Notes: generated by a model from the letters alone, not told the origin. A stretch of 64,000 bases of DNA from Felis catus (GCF_018350175.1 NC_058368.1:168766001-168830000); one strand, 5' to 3'; positions 11,100 through 24,716 are shown, numbered from the stretch's first letter. Program-made: numbers and translations.

Positions 11100-11514
11100 T
11101 TTATTATTTATTTATTTATTTACAACCAAATTAGTTAGTATATAGTGCAATAATGATCTCAGGGGTAAATTCCAGTGATTCATCCCCTGTGTATAACACC
11201 CAGTGCACATCCCAAGTGTCTTTCTTAATACCCCTTACCCCTCCACAACCCCTCCAGCAACACTCCGTTTGTTCTCTCTTATTAGCAGTCTCTTATGGTT
11301 TGTCTCCCTCCCTGTTTTTATACTGTTTTTGCTTCCCTTCCCTTATGTTCATCTGTTTTGTATCTTAAATTCCTCACGTAAGTGAAGCCATATAATATTT
11401 GTCTTTCTCTGACTTATTTTGCTTAGCATAATACTCTCTGGTTCCATGCATGTAGTTACAAATGGCAAGATTTTATTCTTTTTGATTTCCGAGTAATGAT
11501 CCATTGTATATGTA
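11100..11514 (-). mobile_element. Older carnivore L1 3' end fragment (5'-truncated)
   Basis: (TTTA)n tail, L1 3' UTR-like text and ORF2 C-terminal text (gacttattttgcttagcataatactctctggttccatgcatg). Confidence 0.8.
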
Positions 11515-11749
11515 TTTTTTTAAATATGGAATTTATGGTCAAGTTGGTTTCCATACAATACCCAGTGCTCATCCCAACAGGTGCCCTCCTCAATGCCCAT
11601 CACCTACCCTCCTCTCCCTCCAACCCCCCATCAACCCTCAGTTTATTCTCAGTCTTTAAGAGTCTCTTATGGTTTGGCTTTCTCCCTCTCTAACTTTTTT
11701 TCCCCCCTTTCCCTCCCCCATGGTCTTCTGTTAAGTTTCTCAGGATCCA

Positions 11750-14700
11750 CATAAGGGTGAAAACATATGGTACCTGTCTTTCTCTGTATGACTTATTTAT
11801 AACAGTCTCCAATTCCATCCATGTTGCTACAAAAGGCCATATTTCATTCTTTCTCATTGCCAAATAGTATTCCATTGTGCATATAAACCACAATTTCTTT
11901 ATCCATTCATCAGTTGATGGACATTTAGGCTGTTTCCATAATTCGGCTATTGTTGAAAGTGCTGCTATAAACATTGGGGTACAAGTGCCCCTATGCATCA
12001 GTATTCCTGTATTCCCTGGGTAAATTCCTAGCAGTGCTATTGCTGGGTCATAGGGTAGATCTATTTTTAATTTTTTGAAGAACCGCCACACTGTTTTCCA
12101 GAGTGGCTGCACCAGTTTGCATTCCCGCCAACAGTGCAAGAGGGTTCCCGTGTCTCCACATCCTCTCCAGCATCTAAAGTCTCCTGATTTGTTCATTTTA
12201 GCCACTCTGACCAACGTGAGGTAATATCTCAATGTGGTTTTGATTTGTATTTCCCTGATGAGGAGTGACATTGAGCATCTTTTCATGTGCCTGCTGGTCA
12301 TCTGGATGTCTTCTTTAGAGAAGTGTCTATTAATGTTTTCTGCCCATTTCTTCACTGGATTATTTGTTTTTCGGGTGTGGAGTTTGGAGAGCTCTTTATA
12401 GATTTTGGATATTAGCCCTTTGTCCGATATGTCATTTGCAAATATTTTTTCCCATTCCATCAATTGCCTTTTAGTTTTGTTGATTGTTTCCTTTGCTGTG
12501 CAGAAGATTTTTATCTTCATGAGGTCCCAATAGTTCATTTTTGCTTTTAGTTCCCTTGCCTTTGGAGATGTGTCAAGTAAGAAATTGCTATGGCTGAGGT
12601 CAGAGAGGTTTTTTCCTGCTTTCTCCTCTAGGGTTTTGATGGTTTCCTGTCTCACATTCAGGTCCTTTATCCATTTTGAGTTAATTTTTGTGAATGGTGT
12701 AAGAAAGTGGTCTAGTTTCATTCTTCTGCATGTTGCTGTCCAGTTCTCCCAGCACCATTTGTTAAAGAGACTGTCTTTTTTCCATTGGATATTCTTTCCT
12801 GCTTTGTCAAAGATCAGTTGGCCATACTTTGGTGGGTCCAATTCTGGGCTCTCTATTCTATTCCATTGGTCTATGTGTCTGTTTTCGTGCCAATACCATG
12901 CTGTCTTGATGATTACAGCTTTGTAGTAGAGGCTAAATCTGGGATTGTGATGCCTCCCACTTTGGTCTTCCTCTCAAAATTACTTTGGCTATTCGGGGTC
13001 TTTTGTGGTTCCATACAAATTTTAGGATTGCTTGTTCTAGCTCCAAGAAGAATGCTGGTGCAATTTTGGTTGGGATTGCATTGAATGTGTAGATAGCTTT
13101 GGGTAGTATTGACATTTTACCAATATTTATTCTTCCAGTCCATGAGCATGGAATGTTTTTCCATTTCTTTGTATCTTCTTCATTTTCCTTCATAAGCTTT
13201 CTATAGTTTTCAGCATACGGATCTTTTACATCCTTGGTTAGGTTTATTCCTAGGTATTTTATGCTTCTTGGTGCAGTTGTGAATGGGATCAGTTTCTTTA
13301 TTTGTCTTTCTGTTGCTTCATTATTAGTGTATAAGAATGCAACTGATTTCTGTACATTGATTTTGTATCCTGTGACTTTGCCGAACATGTATCAGTTCTA
13401 GCAGACTTTTGGTGGAGTCTGTCAGGTTTTCCAGGTATAATATCATGTCACCTGCAAAAAGTGGAAGCTTGACTTTATCTTTGCCAATTTTGATGCCTTT
13501 GATTTCTTTTTGTTGTCTGATTGCTGGTGCTAGAACTTCCAACACTATGTTAAACAACAGCGGTGAGAGTGGACATCCCTGTCGTGTTCCTGATCTCAGG
13601 GGGAAAGCTCTCAGTTTTTCCCCTTTGAGGATGATATTAGCTGTGGGCTTTTCATAAATGGCTTTTATGATGCTTAAATACGTTCCTTCTATCCCGACTT
13701 TCTTGAGGGTTTTTATAAAGAAAGAATGCTGAATTTTGTCAAATGCTTTTTCTGCATCGATTGACAGGATCATATGGTTCTTATCTTTTCTTTTATTAAT
13801 GTGATGTATCACATTGACTGATTTGCAAATGTGGAACCAGCCCTGCAGCCCAGGAATGAATCCCACTTGATCATGGTGAATAATTCTGTTTACATGCTGT
13901 TGAATTCGATTTGCTAGTATGTTGTTGAGAATTTTTGCATCCATGTTCATCAGGGATATTGGCCTGAAGTTCTCTTTTTTTACTGGGTCTCTGTCTGGTT
14001 TAGGAATCAACGTAATGCTGGCTTCATAGAATGAGTCTGGAAGTTTTCCTTCCCTTTCAATTTTTTGGAACAGCGTGAGAAGGATAGGTATTATCTCTGC
14101 TTTAAATGTCTGGTGGAATTCCCCTGGGAAGCCATCTGGTCCTGGACTTATTTATTGGGAGATTTTTGATAAGTGATTCAATTTCTTTGCTGGTTATGGG
14201 TCTGTTAAAGTTTTCTATTTCCTCCTGATTGAGTTTTGGAAGAGTGTGGGTGTTTAGGAATTTGTCCATTTCTTCCAGGTTGTCCAGTTTGTTGGCATAT
14301 AATTTTTCATAGTATTCCCTGATAATTGCTTGTATTTCTGAGGGATTGGTTGTAGTAATTCTATTTTCATTCATGATTTTATCTGCTTGGGTCATCTCCC
14401 TTTTCTTTTTGAGAAGCCTGGCTAGAGGTTTGTCAATTTTGTTTCTTTTTTCAAAAAACCAACTCTTGGTTTCTTTGATCTGCTCTACAGTTTTTTTTAG
14501 ATTCTATATTGTTTATTTCTGCTCTGATCTTTATTATTTCTCTTCTTCTGCTGGGTTTGCGGTGTCTTTGCTGTTCTGCTTCTATTTCCTTTAGGTGTGC
14601 TGTTAGATATTGTATTTGGGATTTTTCTTGTTCCTTGAGATAGGCCTGGATTGCAATGTATTTTCCTCTCAGGACTGGCTTCGCTGCATCCCAAAGAGTT

Positions 14701-15546
14701 TGGATTGTCATATTTTCATTTTCGTTTGTTTCCATGTATTTTTAAATTTCTTCTCTAATTGTCTGGTTGACCCATTCATTCTTTAGTAGGATGTTCTTTA
14801 ACCTCCATGCTTTTGGAGGTTTTCCAGACTTTTTCCTGTGGCTGATTTCAAGTTTCATAGCATTGTGGTCTGAAAGTGTGCATGGTATGATCTCAATTCT
14901 TGTATACTTATGAAAGGCTGTTTTGTGACCCAGTATGTGATCTATCTTGGAGAATATTCCATGTGCACTTGAGAAGAAAGTATATTCTGTTGCATTGGGA
15001 TGCAGAGTTCTAAATATATCTGTCAAGTCCATCTGATCCAATGTATCATTCAGGGCCCTTTTTTATTGATCCTGTGGCTAGATGATCTATCCATTGTTGT
15101 AAGTGGGGTATTAAATAAATCCCCTGCAATTACTACATTGTTGTCAATAAGGTTACTTATGTTTGTGATTGTTTTATATATTTGGGGGGTCCTGTATTCG
15201 GCGCATAGACATTTATAATGGTTAGCTCTTCCTGATGGATAGACCCTGTAATTATTATATAATGCCCTTCTTCATCTCTTGTTACAGCCTTTCATTTAAA
15301 GTCTAGTTTGTCCGATATAAGTATGGCTACTCCAGCTTTCTTTTGAGTTCCCGTAGCATGATAGATAGTTCTCCATGCCCTCACTTTCAATCTGAAGGTA
15401 TCTTCAGGTCTTAAATGAGTCTCTTGTAGACAGCCAATAGATGGGTCTTGTTGTTTTATCCATTCTGATACCCTCTGTCTTTTGGTTGGAGCATTTAGTC
15501 CATTTACATTCATTGTTATTATAGAAAGATAGGGGTTTAGAGTCAT
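11750..15546 (-). pseudogene. L1 ORF2p, multiple frameshifts and stops
   Basis: ATG at 15546 (MTLNPYLSII). ORF pieces 15292-15618, 14742-15041, 14451-14735, 14102-14395, 13324-14010, 12933-13388, 11690-12841. RT motif reads FAGD instead of FADD. Confidence 0.93.
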
Positions 15547-15614
15547 TGTGATATCTGTAGGTTTCATGCTTGTAGTGATGTCTCTGGTACTTTGTGGTCC
15601 TTGCAACATTTCAC

Positions 15615-16325
15615 TCACAGAATCCCCCTTAGGATCTCTTGTAGGGCTGGTTTAGTTGTGACGAATTCCTTCAGTTTTTGTTTGTTTGGGAAAACCTTTC
15701 TCTCTCCTATTCTGAATGACAGGCTTGTTGGATAAAGGATTCTCAGCTGCGTATTTTTTCTGTTCTTCACATTGGAGATTTCCTGCCAATGCTTTCTGGC
15801 CTGCCAAGTTTCAGTAGACAGGTCTGCTGCTATCCTTATGTGTCTCCCTTTGTAAGTTAGAGCCTGTTTATCCCTAACTGCTTTCAGAATTTTCTCTTTA
15901 TCCTTGTATTTTGCCAGTTTCCCTATGATATGTCATGCAGTAGATGGATTCAAGTTACGTCTGAAGGGAGTTCTCTGTGCCTCTTGATTTCAATGCCTTT
16001 TTCCTTCCCCAGATCAGGGGAGTTCTCAGCTATGATTTGTTCAAGTAAACCTTCAGCCCCTTTCTCGCTCTCTTCTTCTTCTGGAATTCCTATGATATGG
16101 ATATTGTTCCTTTTGATTGCATCACTTAGTTCTCCAATTCTCCCCTCATACTTGTTGATTTTTTTATTTGTTTTTGTCATCTTCCTCTTTTTCCATAATT
16201 GTATATCTTCTAATTCACCTATTTTCTCCTCTGCCTCTTCAATCCGTGCTATGGCCGCCTCCATTTTATTTTGCACCTCATTTACCACATTTTTTAGCTC
16301 TTCCTGACTATTTCTTAGTTCCTTG
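15615..16325 (-). pseudogene. L1 ORF1p remnant lacking its N-terminus
   Basis: KRNNIHIIGIPEEEE, homologous to the first L1's ORF1; frameshifted and start region deleted. Confidence 0.88.
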
Positions 16326-17402
16326 GGCTTAGTCCCAGCCCACCGCTGGGGCCACAGTCAGACTGGTGTGTGCCTTTTCTTTACCTCTCCCAGGGGCAGG
16401 ACTCACTCTGGAGTGGTGTGGTCCCTGTCTGTGGTGCCAGGGTTGTGGTGCTTCTTCGATGGGATCTGGCCAAGGGCCCATTAGCCGGGGTGGATCTGCA
16501 AGGTGCACAGGGGTAGGAGAGTCAGGCTTAACTGGATTTGCCATTGGTGGTTCCTTGCAGGAGGGCCTCTGCAGCACCAGGAGGGAGGCACGCCCGTCGT
16601 TGGGATGGATACATAGAAGCACAGCGTTGGGCGTTTGCGTGGTGCAAGCAAGTTCAGTGATGGGAACTGGTTCCCTTTGGAATTTCAGCTGGGGGATGGG
16701 AGAGGGAGATGGCACTTGCCAGCAACTTTGTCTTCCTGCTGAGCTGATCTCTGTTCCCGGGCTGAACAACTCTCCTTCCCACGTCCTCTTGCCCTCACTG
16801 CTCTCTGAGAGCAGAGCTGTTGACTTTTAACATTCCAGATGTTAAGTCCCGCTGGCTGTCAGAATTCACAGAGTCCGGCCCTTACGCTTTTGCAAGCCAG
16901 ACTTCAGGGGCTCTACCTTGCCTAGCAGGCTGCTCCTCCATCGCCCTGGCTCCCTCCCACCAGTCTGTAGCACGCACTGCTTCTCCGCCCTTTCTACCCT
17001 CTTCCTTGGGCCTCTTGTCTACGCTTGGCTTTGTAGAGTCCATTCTGCTAGTGTTCTGGCAGTTTTCTGGGTTATTTAGGCAGATATGGGTGGAATCTAA
17101 GCAATTAGCAGGATGAATTGAGCCCAGCATCCTCCTACGTCACCATCTTCCTCTGGATCAGTCCTTGTATATATATTTTAAAGTTATATACATGTTTCAC
17201 TGTTTAGTGATGTAATAACAGTGTTTGTGAAAATAATTAAGTTGATGTGCTGTTGATACTTATTGTAGAACTTCCTTTTTTCATAAGAATGAAAACAGAT
17301 TTGAAGTATTTTAAGAGCTATTATATATGTTAAGATAAAACAAGGTAATTGTGCATATTTCAGGTAGTTCTTGCAAATTGTATGCTTTTAGATTATTACT
17401 TT

Positions 17403-17454
17403 TTTTGATTTTAAAGAGACAGAGAAAGAGAGCACAGGCAGGGGAGGGAACTAA

Positions 17455-17502
<48 letters not shown>

Positions 17503-17622
17503 CAACAAGGCCCCACGCTCAGCACAGAACCTGACATTGGCTCGATCCCATGACCTTGATATCATGACCTGAGCCCAAATCAAGAGTTGGATGCTCAACT
17601 GACTGAGCCATCCAAGCACCCC
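17403..17622 (-). mobile_element. Can-SINE
   Basis: TSD TAGATTATTACTTT (17389-17402 and 17623-17636); long (AG)n tract. Confidence 0.92.
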
Positions 17623-18451
17623 TAGATTATTACTTTATAGGCTTAATGTCTAATTAATCTCTGATAAAAGGTTTATTGTAGCTATGGATGATGTAATGTC
17701 TATATGGTATCTCCTTTGAAAATATACATATACTAAGACTGTTTTTTTTTCTTTTCTTAAGGAGGAGAATGAGAGGAAGTAGAAGTGGTAGAAAGTATGG
17801 TCAGAATTATAAAATAATACAGAAGCATAGATGATAGGTGAACACTTTAGACTCTATATCTACTGATTTAGTCAAATAAACACTTAGGCCCTTATAGTTT
17901 ACTTTCTGTTATCCTTTTCTATGGATTTAAAAAATATCGTTGATATGAACTTTATTCTGATGAAGTAACATATCTACAGACATATGAGAATATTTAATAT
18001 ATAATGAAAGTTCATAAAATGTATATTCTAGTGTCTCTGTGGGGACTGGGGAAAGAGGAAGGGCATGAAGTGTTTTTTTTTTTTTTCCCTTCTCATTCCA
18101 TCATAGCAGGTGAAGTATTTCTGTATTCCTAATGTTATAAAGTGTATATCCTACAGTAATTAGTAAAAACTGACTGTTTTGTTTGTGGTAGTAACAAAGC
18201 ATTGGCTGCCTTAAAACTGCTCTTTGCCAAGGAAAAAAAAAAAGTCTTACATTGAAGAAGCACACACAAATAGATGGCTATATTCCAGAATGTATTATTG
18301 CTAATCCACTTTAAGTGTTGACAGAACCAAGGGCAAATCCTTTATTGGATAAAGGCACATCTTGCAAGTCATTTCCTATCATCACTGTATATTTCCAGTT
18401 GGAATCTAGACATCATTCAATATACTGTTTACTAGAATTCCAGAAATTCTT

Positions 18452-18673
18452 TTTTTTTTTTAATTTTTTTTTTCGTTTATTTATTTTTGGGACAGAGAGA
18501 GACAGAGCATGAACGGGGGAGGGGCAGAGAGAGAGGGAGACACAGAATTGGAAACAGGCTCCAGGCTCTGAGCCATCAGCCCAGAGCCCGACGCGGGGCT
18601 CGAACTCATGGACCGCGAGATCATGACCTGGCTGAAGTCGGACGCTTAACCGCCTGCGCCACCCAGGCGCCCC
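18452..18673 (-). mobile_element. Young SINEC_Fc-like SINE
   Basis: CpG-rich body; TSD AGAATTCCAGAAATTCTT (18434-18451 and 18675-18692). Confidence 0.95.
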
Positions 18674-18955
18674 AAGAATTCCAGAAATTCTTGATGAAAT
18701 GGTTTATCTGCTGCATTCTTTCAACCAATGAAAGGGTAGCTTTTCCTTTGTACTTAAGGAAATAAGACACTCGAGCATTATTAGGAATTGAGCTTATAAA
18801 TATTATAGGGTATTTGTTTGTTTGTTTGCTAAAGGTAAAATCACCAAGAATGGATGGCAAACAAAAAATGAAAAAACTCTTTAACTTGCCAATGATGGGT
18901 TGTAATGAGAGGAGCGGGAATAGAGTAAAATTTGATTGATGTAAAAATTGTTTCA

Positions 18956-19178
18956 GGGGCGCCTAGGTGGCGCAGTCGGTTAAGCGTCTGACTTCAACCA
19001 GGTCACGATCTCGCGGTCCGTGAGTTCGAGCCCCGTGTCGGGCTCTGGGCTGATGGCTCAGAGCCTGGAGCCTGTTTCCGATTCTGTGTCTCCCTCTCTC
19101 TCTGCCCCTCCCCCGTTCATGCTCTGTCTCTCTCTGTCCCAAAAATAAATAAACGTTGAAAAAAAAAATTTTTTTTAA
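18956..19178 (+). mobile_element. Young SINEC_Fc-like SINE
   Basis: ggggcgcctaggtggcgcagtcggttaagcg head with A/B boxes; TSD AAAAATTGTTTCA (18943-18955 and 19179-19191). Confidence 0.95.
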
Positions 19179-21147
19179 AAAAATTGTTTCAGAATATGGG
19201 CTCATCTCAAAGTTAATACTTTATATTTAGCAGTAAACTGTGTTTTTTTTAAAGAATGATCATGAAAAATGGTAGGCCAACTATTAATTCTTTTAAAATT
19301 GTAATTCCCTACTGAATCACAAATGTATGCTATCATTTACTTTGAAATATGTACAGAATACTTATTTTAGACATAAAGACTCCACAGTTAGTTGATAGTT
19401 CATATAAACATTAACATTTAGTCTAGGTTTTGGTTAGATGTTAATATTTATACCTTATAAATTATTATAGATTTTTTTTCTAAGGCTAAGAAAGCAAGTA
19501 TAATTTCGAGGGGATTAACAGAGAAGGAAAGCATGAATGACTGGCTCTGTGGAATGAATGAAAAGGAGAGGCATAGGTCTGAGTGGAGGACGGCTACCAG
19601 ACACTTGGGTGATTGAGGTCCTACTGGTTCTGCTCAGTAGGTAATTGGAGCAGGAGGAGCAGATGGGAGCTAATCATTTCATTTTGGGATGCTAAGTTGG
19701 ATGTGTCCTGAACTTTCTCCTAGACAGGACTGGCAGGAAGTTTGGTATGTTTTTCTGAAACTGGAGATTAAGACTTGGGGGTGATCCATATAATTAAAGC
19801 AGAGAGAGGACAAAGAAAGAGAGGAAATATGAACTATAAGGACTGAAAACTTTCTTTGATTTTGGCAAATTAGGAGGTTGTTCATGACTTCAGTGGGAAT
19901 AGTTTCTGTGGAGTGGGGAGGGTAGAGGTCAGGTTGCAGTGGATATAGGGATGAGTGGGGTGAGGAAGAGAGGTTTTACTTGAAGAAATAGTTTTAGGAT
20001 ATTTAAGAATAAGGTGTATTTGCATTTAAGTCTAGAATGGGGAACTTCAGACAAGTCACTTCACTTTTCTGAGTCTGAGCTTTCCCATTTGTAAAATGGG
20101 GATAATAATCATTAGTTCTTATGTTTTTAAAGGATTAAATGATAATGTGGAAAAATTGCTTTGTACTTTGCTTTATACAAAAATTGCACCTAATAATTGT
20201 AATTATTAACAGAAGCCAGTGAATGTACACTACTCAGGAGAATTTTGGATAAGCAGGAAAAGAGAGTAGTGACATAGTCGTTTGAAGGATACACAGGGTC
20301 AGGAAAGTGTTATTTCTTAGTTTTAAAAGGATGGGAGAGATGATTTTGCTCACAGAATCAGTATATATAGAATTACAGATGACTTCCACTTATAGAATTT
20401 CATTTGTAGAATTATAGATGACTTTGCTTACAGGAATCAGGATAAAGGAGCAATCAGTAGAGAGGAAGACATCGAAGATTCAATGAAAGAGGGGCTAAAG
20501 GGAATAACTAATGGAGCGAGATTTAAAGGAGTGGAAGGGCATCATAGGGTACATCGAAAAGTTGGTCTTGAAGAAAATCCAAGCCATCTCCTGAAGAGAA
20601 GGAGGGAGGGAAGGAAAGGTGGATGTATATATAGATGTATGTGAAAGTACAGAGTAAAATATTAAGTTCAGTGAAAATAATAAGTGATTATAAGACACTT
20701 TTGGAGATCTCAGTGGAGAAATCTGCAAAAAAAGCTGGCCATTCGAGTCTGGAACACAGGGGACAAATCTGTCTTGATGCCATAGAGAAAGGAGTCATTA
20801 TGAACACTCCACAGGAACAGGGATTTTTTTTTTCATTTTTTTTCCCCCTTACCAATAGCTCCATAGAGTCTGGATTATGTCTGAAGTTGTGTAGTTGTTC
20901 AACAAGCATTTGCTTAAAAAAATAAAAATGAAAATTAAAATGTAAAATAAAATAAAATAAAATCACATAGAAAGAGGAAAAAGTGAAGGTTGGAGGCTTG
21001 GGGAACACCAGGTAGGTAGGGAGAGTAAGGCTTTCAGTGGAGACTGGGGAGTAGTAGAACAGGGGACAGAGTGATCCAAGAGAACAGATACCTCATGAAG
21101 AATTTCAGGAAGGGAGCAGTCAGTAAGAGGCCAATGCTGGGAGAGCA

Positions 21148-21830
21148 TGTATTAGTTTTTCTATGCTCTATAACCAAACACAAACTTTATGGCTTAAAGG
21201 ACCTGTTTATTAGTTTTCAGTTCTGTGGGTCAGAAATCCAGTCATGGCATCCGAGTTGTTTGCTCAGAGTCTTGTGAGAATAAAATCAAGGTGTTGGTTG
21301 GGCTGCATTTTCATCTGGAGCTTGGGGTTTTCTTCAAGCTCATCTGATTGTGGTAGAATTCAGTTCTTTGCAGTTGTAGAATCGAGGTCCCCAATTCTGG
21401 GGACCACTTGTAGCTTTTAGAGCCACCAGAATACCTGGCTATGTAGCTTCCTCTAACAATGGAGAAACTTTCTCACTTTGAATATCTTTCATAGTTTGAA
21501 TCTCTGTCTTCAAGAAGAGACAATCTCTCTTTCTCTCTTTTTTTTTTTTAAGGTTTTTTTTTTTTAAGCGTATTTTGGGAGAGAGAGAGAGACAGTGTGA
21601 GTGGGAGACAGGAAGAGACAGGGAGAGAGAGAATCCCAAGCAGGCTCCACACTGTCAGCGCAGTGCACTGCAGCCTGATGCGGGGCTCGAACTCATGAAC
21701 CATGAGATCGTGACCCAAGCTGAAAGTAAGAGTTGGACATTTAACCAACTGAAACACCTGGGTGCCCCAGAGACAGTCTCTTTTAAGGGGTTACCTGGTC
21801 ATCTCATATTACACTCAGAGTAATCTCAAT
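21148..21830 (-). mobile_element. MLT-family LTR interrupted by a SINE
   Basis: tgtattagttttt...ggcttaaa...cagttctgtgggtcagaaatcc...aatcaaggtgttggttgggctg. Right boundary approximate. Confidence 0.65.
21538..21768 (-). mobile_element. Can-SINE nested in the MLT LTR
   Basis: Typical SINE body; imperfect TSD agagacaRtctc. Confidence 0.9.
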
Positions 21831-22341
21831 GAGATTTCACAGATGAATGTAGCTAAGTTCACATCATAAAGATCATATGCTTTACTCAGCAAGAATCTTA
21901 GAACTTTTTGCTCATATTTAGAAACCGTTCTAATGAACTTACTTTCTTGATTTCTAAAAGTATCATAGAATAAAAACAGCCAGTGGTAAATAGCGAGTGC
22001 AGATGTGGGGTAGGTAGAGGAGTGGAGTCAGGCATTGTCAGTGGCAGAAGTAATAACTTTGCTAAATATTTTAATAAATAACTTCTAATAAATATTTCAA
22101 CACCAACAGAAGAATCTGGAAAAAAAGGTACAAAATATAGATGAAAGAAATTCCAAAGTTGAGTCTTATTGCTTTGACTCAGCAAGATAAAGTCAAATTA
22201 TGTTCATTTTGAACTATGTAAGAAGACAGAAATACATAATTCATTCTGTGAGGGGTAAGCCTTTTTTAAAGGTATGGCCAAATGAGACATCTCATTAGTG
22301 CCATTTAGTTCCAAAATCTTTTTTTTTTTAATTCTGAATTT

Positions 22342-22569
22342 GGGGTCACCTGGGTGGCTCAGTTGATTAAGCGTCCAACTCTTGGTTTGGGCTCAGGTCA
22401 TGATCTCACAGTTCAGTTCATGAGTTCAAGCCTCACATCGGCCTCTGCTCGGACAGCATGGAGCCTGCTTGGGATTTTTCTGTCCTTCTCTCTCTCTCTG
22501 CCCCTCCTTCACTTGTGCACATGTGTACTTTCTTTCAAAAGAATAAACAAAAAAGTAAATAAAAATTAA
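22342..22569 (+). mobile_element. Can-SINE
   Basis: TSD AATTCTGAATTT (22330-22341 and 22570-22581). Confidence 0.92.
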
Positions 22570-24440
22570 AATTCTGAATTTTTCATCAAATTTTAAGATA
22601 TTAAATTAGCTACTGGATTCTTTTTTACAACTTTAAAGCCTGAAGAGAATTTATGGATATTAAAAAAAAAAAAAACTACGTATAATTCTCAATTCTTGGA
22701 GCAGTGAAGTTGAGTTTTAAAAATTCCAGTTATTAATTCTTTAGTCCTATAAGTTATCTTGTTGCTGCCCAATCAGCGTAAGGAAGAGAAGAAATGATTT
22801 GCTTTAGATTACATTATAGATTTGAACTTGTTATTTTTGTCATTGGAAAAGTTATTTAACCTCTTTAAGCTTTGGCTTTCTAATCTATAAAATGAGGATA
22901 ACAGGACTTGTTATATAGTGTTATAGACAATTAAATGTACAGAACAATGCATGTATGTTCAGAGCACAATTACTGTTCAAGACATGTTAGCTATTTCAGT
23001 GTTAGAGCCATTTTCTAAGAAGTCAGTATTCTTTTTTCAGCAAACACTTAGAGTGGTCTTCTTTGACATAGCCCTTGAAACTTAGCAATAGTGGTGTTAC
23101 TTTTACTTTGATTCATATATTGGACAATATTTAACACAAAAATAATTTGGCTTTTTGCTGAACTACTTTGAGATTTAATAAATTTATAAGACACTGAATG
23201 AAGCATTTCTGAAATACGGATCCAGACTTTCCTGTATCTGTATTCAAAAGCCTACCTTACTGTTTTATCTTTAATTTAAAAAAGATCATCTTAACCTGTC
23301 ACTAATATTTTGTTTTTTTCAGTCATGTCTAACCTTTCACCATTGCAGGCCCATAATGACTGTGTGTTTTTGTGTGTGTGTGCATGCATGTGTCTTCATA
23401 TTAGTAGTATCCTTCAGTCTTATAATTATTTTTAATTGTTACTGGTTTCTGTTTTGTCATATTGAGATGTGGCATTGAAAATAGTGCATCATTTTTTAGG
23501 TGTAAATGAACCACAGTTTTATACTTAATGTTATAAGTTTGAATATGATCATTGTTTCAGTATAACAGTTCTATTTCAGTGTAATTAAATGTCCATTAAA
23601 TTTTTGAATGAGTGAACAATGCCCTGCATTTGGATGACTCTCTGGATGAAATCTAGGCAATGTGTTATAGTGGAAAGGGGGGTAAGGGAAGAGGTAGCTT
23701 TGTCATCATATGTGTGTCATGGAGCAGGTCATTTCACCCCCTCTGCCCTCCACTTTCTCATCTATTATGAGATGAAAAGGTTGACGTAGAAAATCTCTAG
23801 CTCAAAGGTTCCTTCTGCCACCAATTCTATATGAAACAGTTTTGTTATAAAACTCCTTTTTGAAAAAAAAAAGTAATAAAGACTATGGCCCAGTTATTAT
23901 TGTACTTTTCAGTGTTAATCTTTTTAATATATGCCCTATGTGCATAAACTTTTATTGATCGACTTATTTTTTTGTCATGGGAGTTAGTTGACATTGAAAT
24001 TTCTTCTTTGTTTGCCTTATTATCAGAAACAATATTGGGCTCCAAAATATCAAAAGAAACTTCAAACCAGATGTGCTAATTAGTGTGAAAGTGGATGCTA
24101 GCAAAGCAATGATAAGGGTAGCCAGTGTTTCACTACTACACTGTAGGTGAATGAAAAGCCAGAGAGAAAATCTTGGGTCTTGGTAATGCTGAGCTGTGAA
24201 TCTTTCTGTATAGTTCTGGAATTATTGGGGCGCCCACTGAGAAAAACCGTCTTTGAGATTACAACAATACCTTTGATAGTAGATTTGGGGGCAAGGTGAT
24301 GTTCTAATCAGAGAGCAGTTTCTAAAAGCTGCAGTGGGAAATGAAAGAGAAAAAAATGCACATATGCACATTTTAGACTTATTGTATGAAATTTATGAGA
24401 ATAATGAAGTCTTTGACCAGTTTTCCTAATTAAGGGATTG

Positions 24441-24482
<42 letters not shown>

Positions 24483-24716
24483 TTATTAAATTTAAATTCA
24501 AGTTAGGTAACATACAGTGTAATCTTGGTTTCAGGACTAGATGCCTGTGATTCATCACTTACATATGACACCCAGTGCTCATCCCAACAAGTGTCCTCCT
24601 TAATGCCCTTCGCCCATTTGACCCATCCGCCCAACCACCTCCCCTACAGCAACCCTTGGTTTGTCCTCTGTATTTAAGAGTCTCTTATGGCTTGCTTTCC
24701 TCCCTGTTTTTATCTT
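24441..24716 (-). mobile_element. Short carnivore L1 3' end with a (TCTA)n microsatellite at its tail
   Basis: cacccagtgctcatcccaacaagtg and taagagtctcttatgg are shared with the L1 3' UTR at ~11560-11670; (TCTA)~10 at 24441-24482. Confidence 0.8.

Larger units (their letters stand above)
11519..17164 (-). mobile_element. Near full-length felid LINE-1, decayed, with an internal deletion
   Basis: Short poly(A), 3' UTR, fragmented ORF2, ORF1 remnant and 5' UTR. TSD TTGTATATRTATTTT at 11504-11518 and 17165-17179, followed by AA. Confidence 0.97.

Noticed and set aside
11690..14010. RT-containing ORFs as a novel reverse-transcriptase system or domesticated gene
   Set aside because: Ordinary L1 ORF2 fragments with frameshifts and a mutated FADD motif inside a TSD-bounded L1.
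18956..19035. tRNA-like A/B box sequences (also 50970-51047)
   Set aside because: Heads of tRNA-derived Can-SINEs with tails or TSDs; not tRNA genes.
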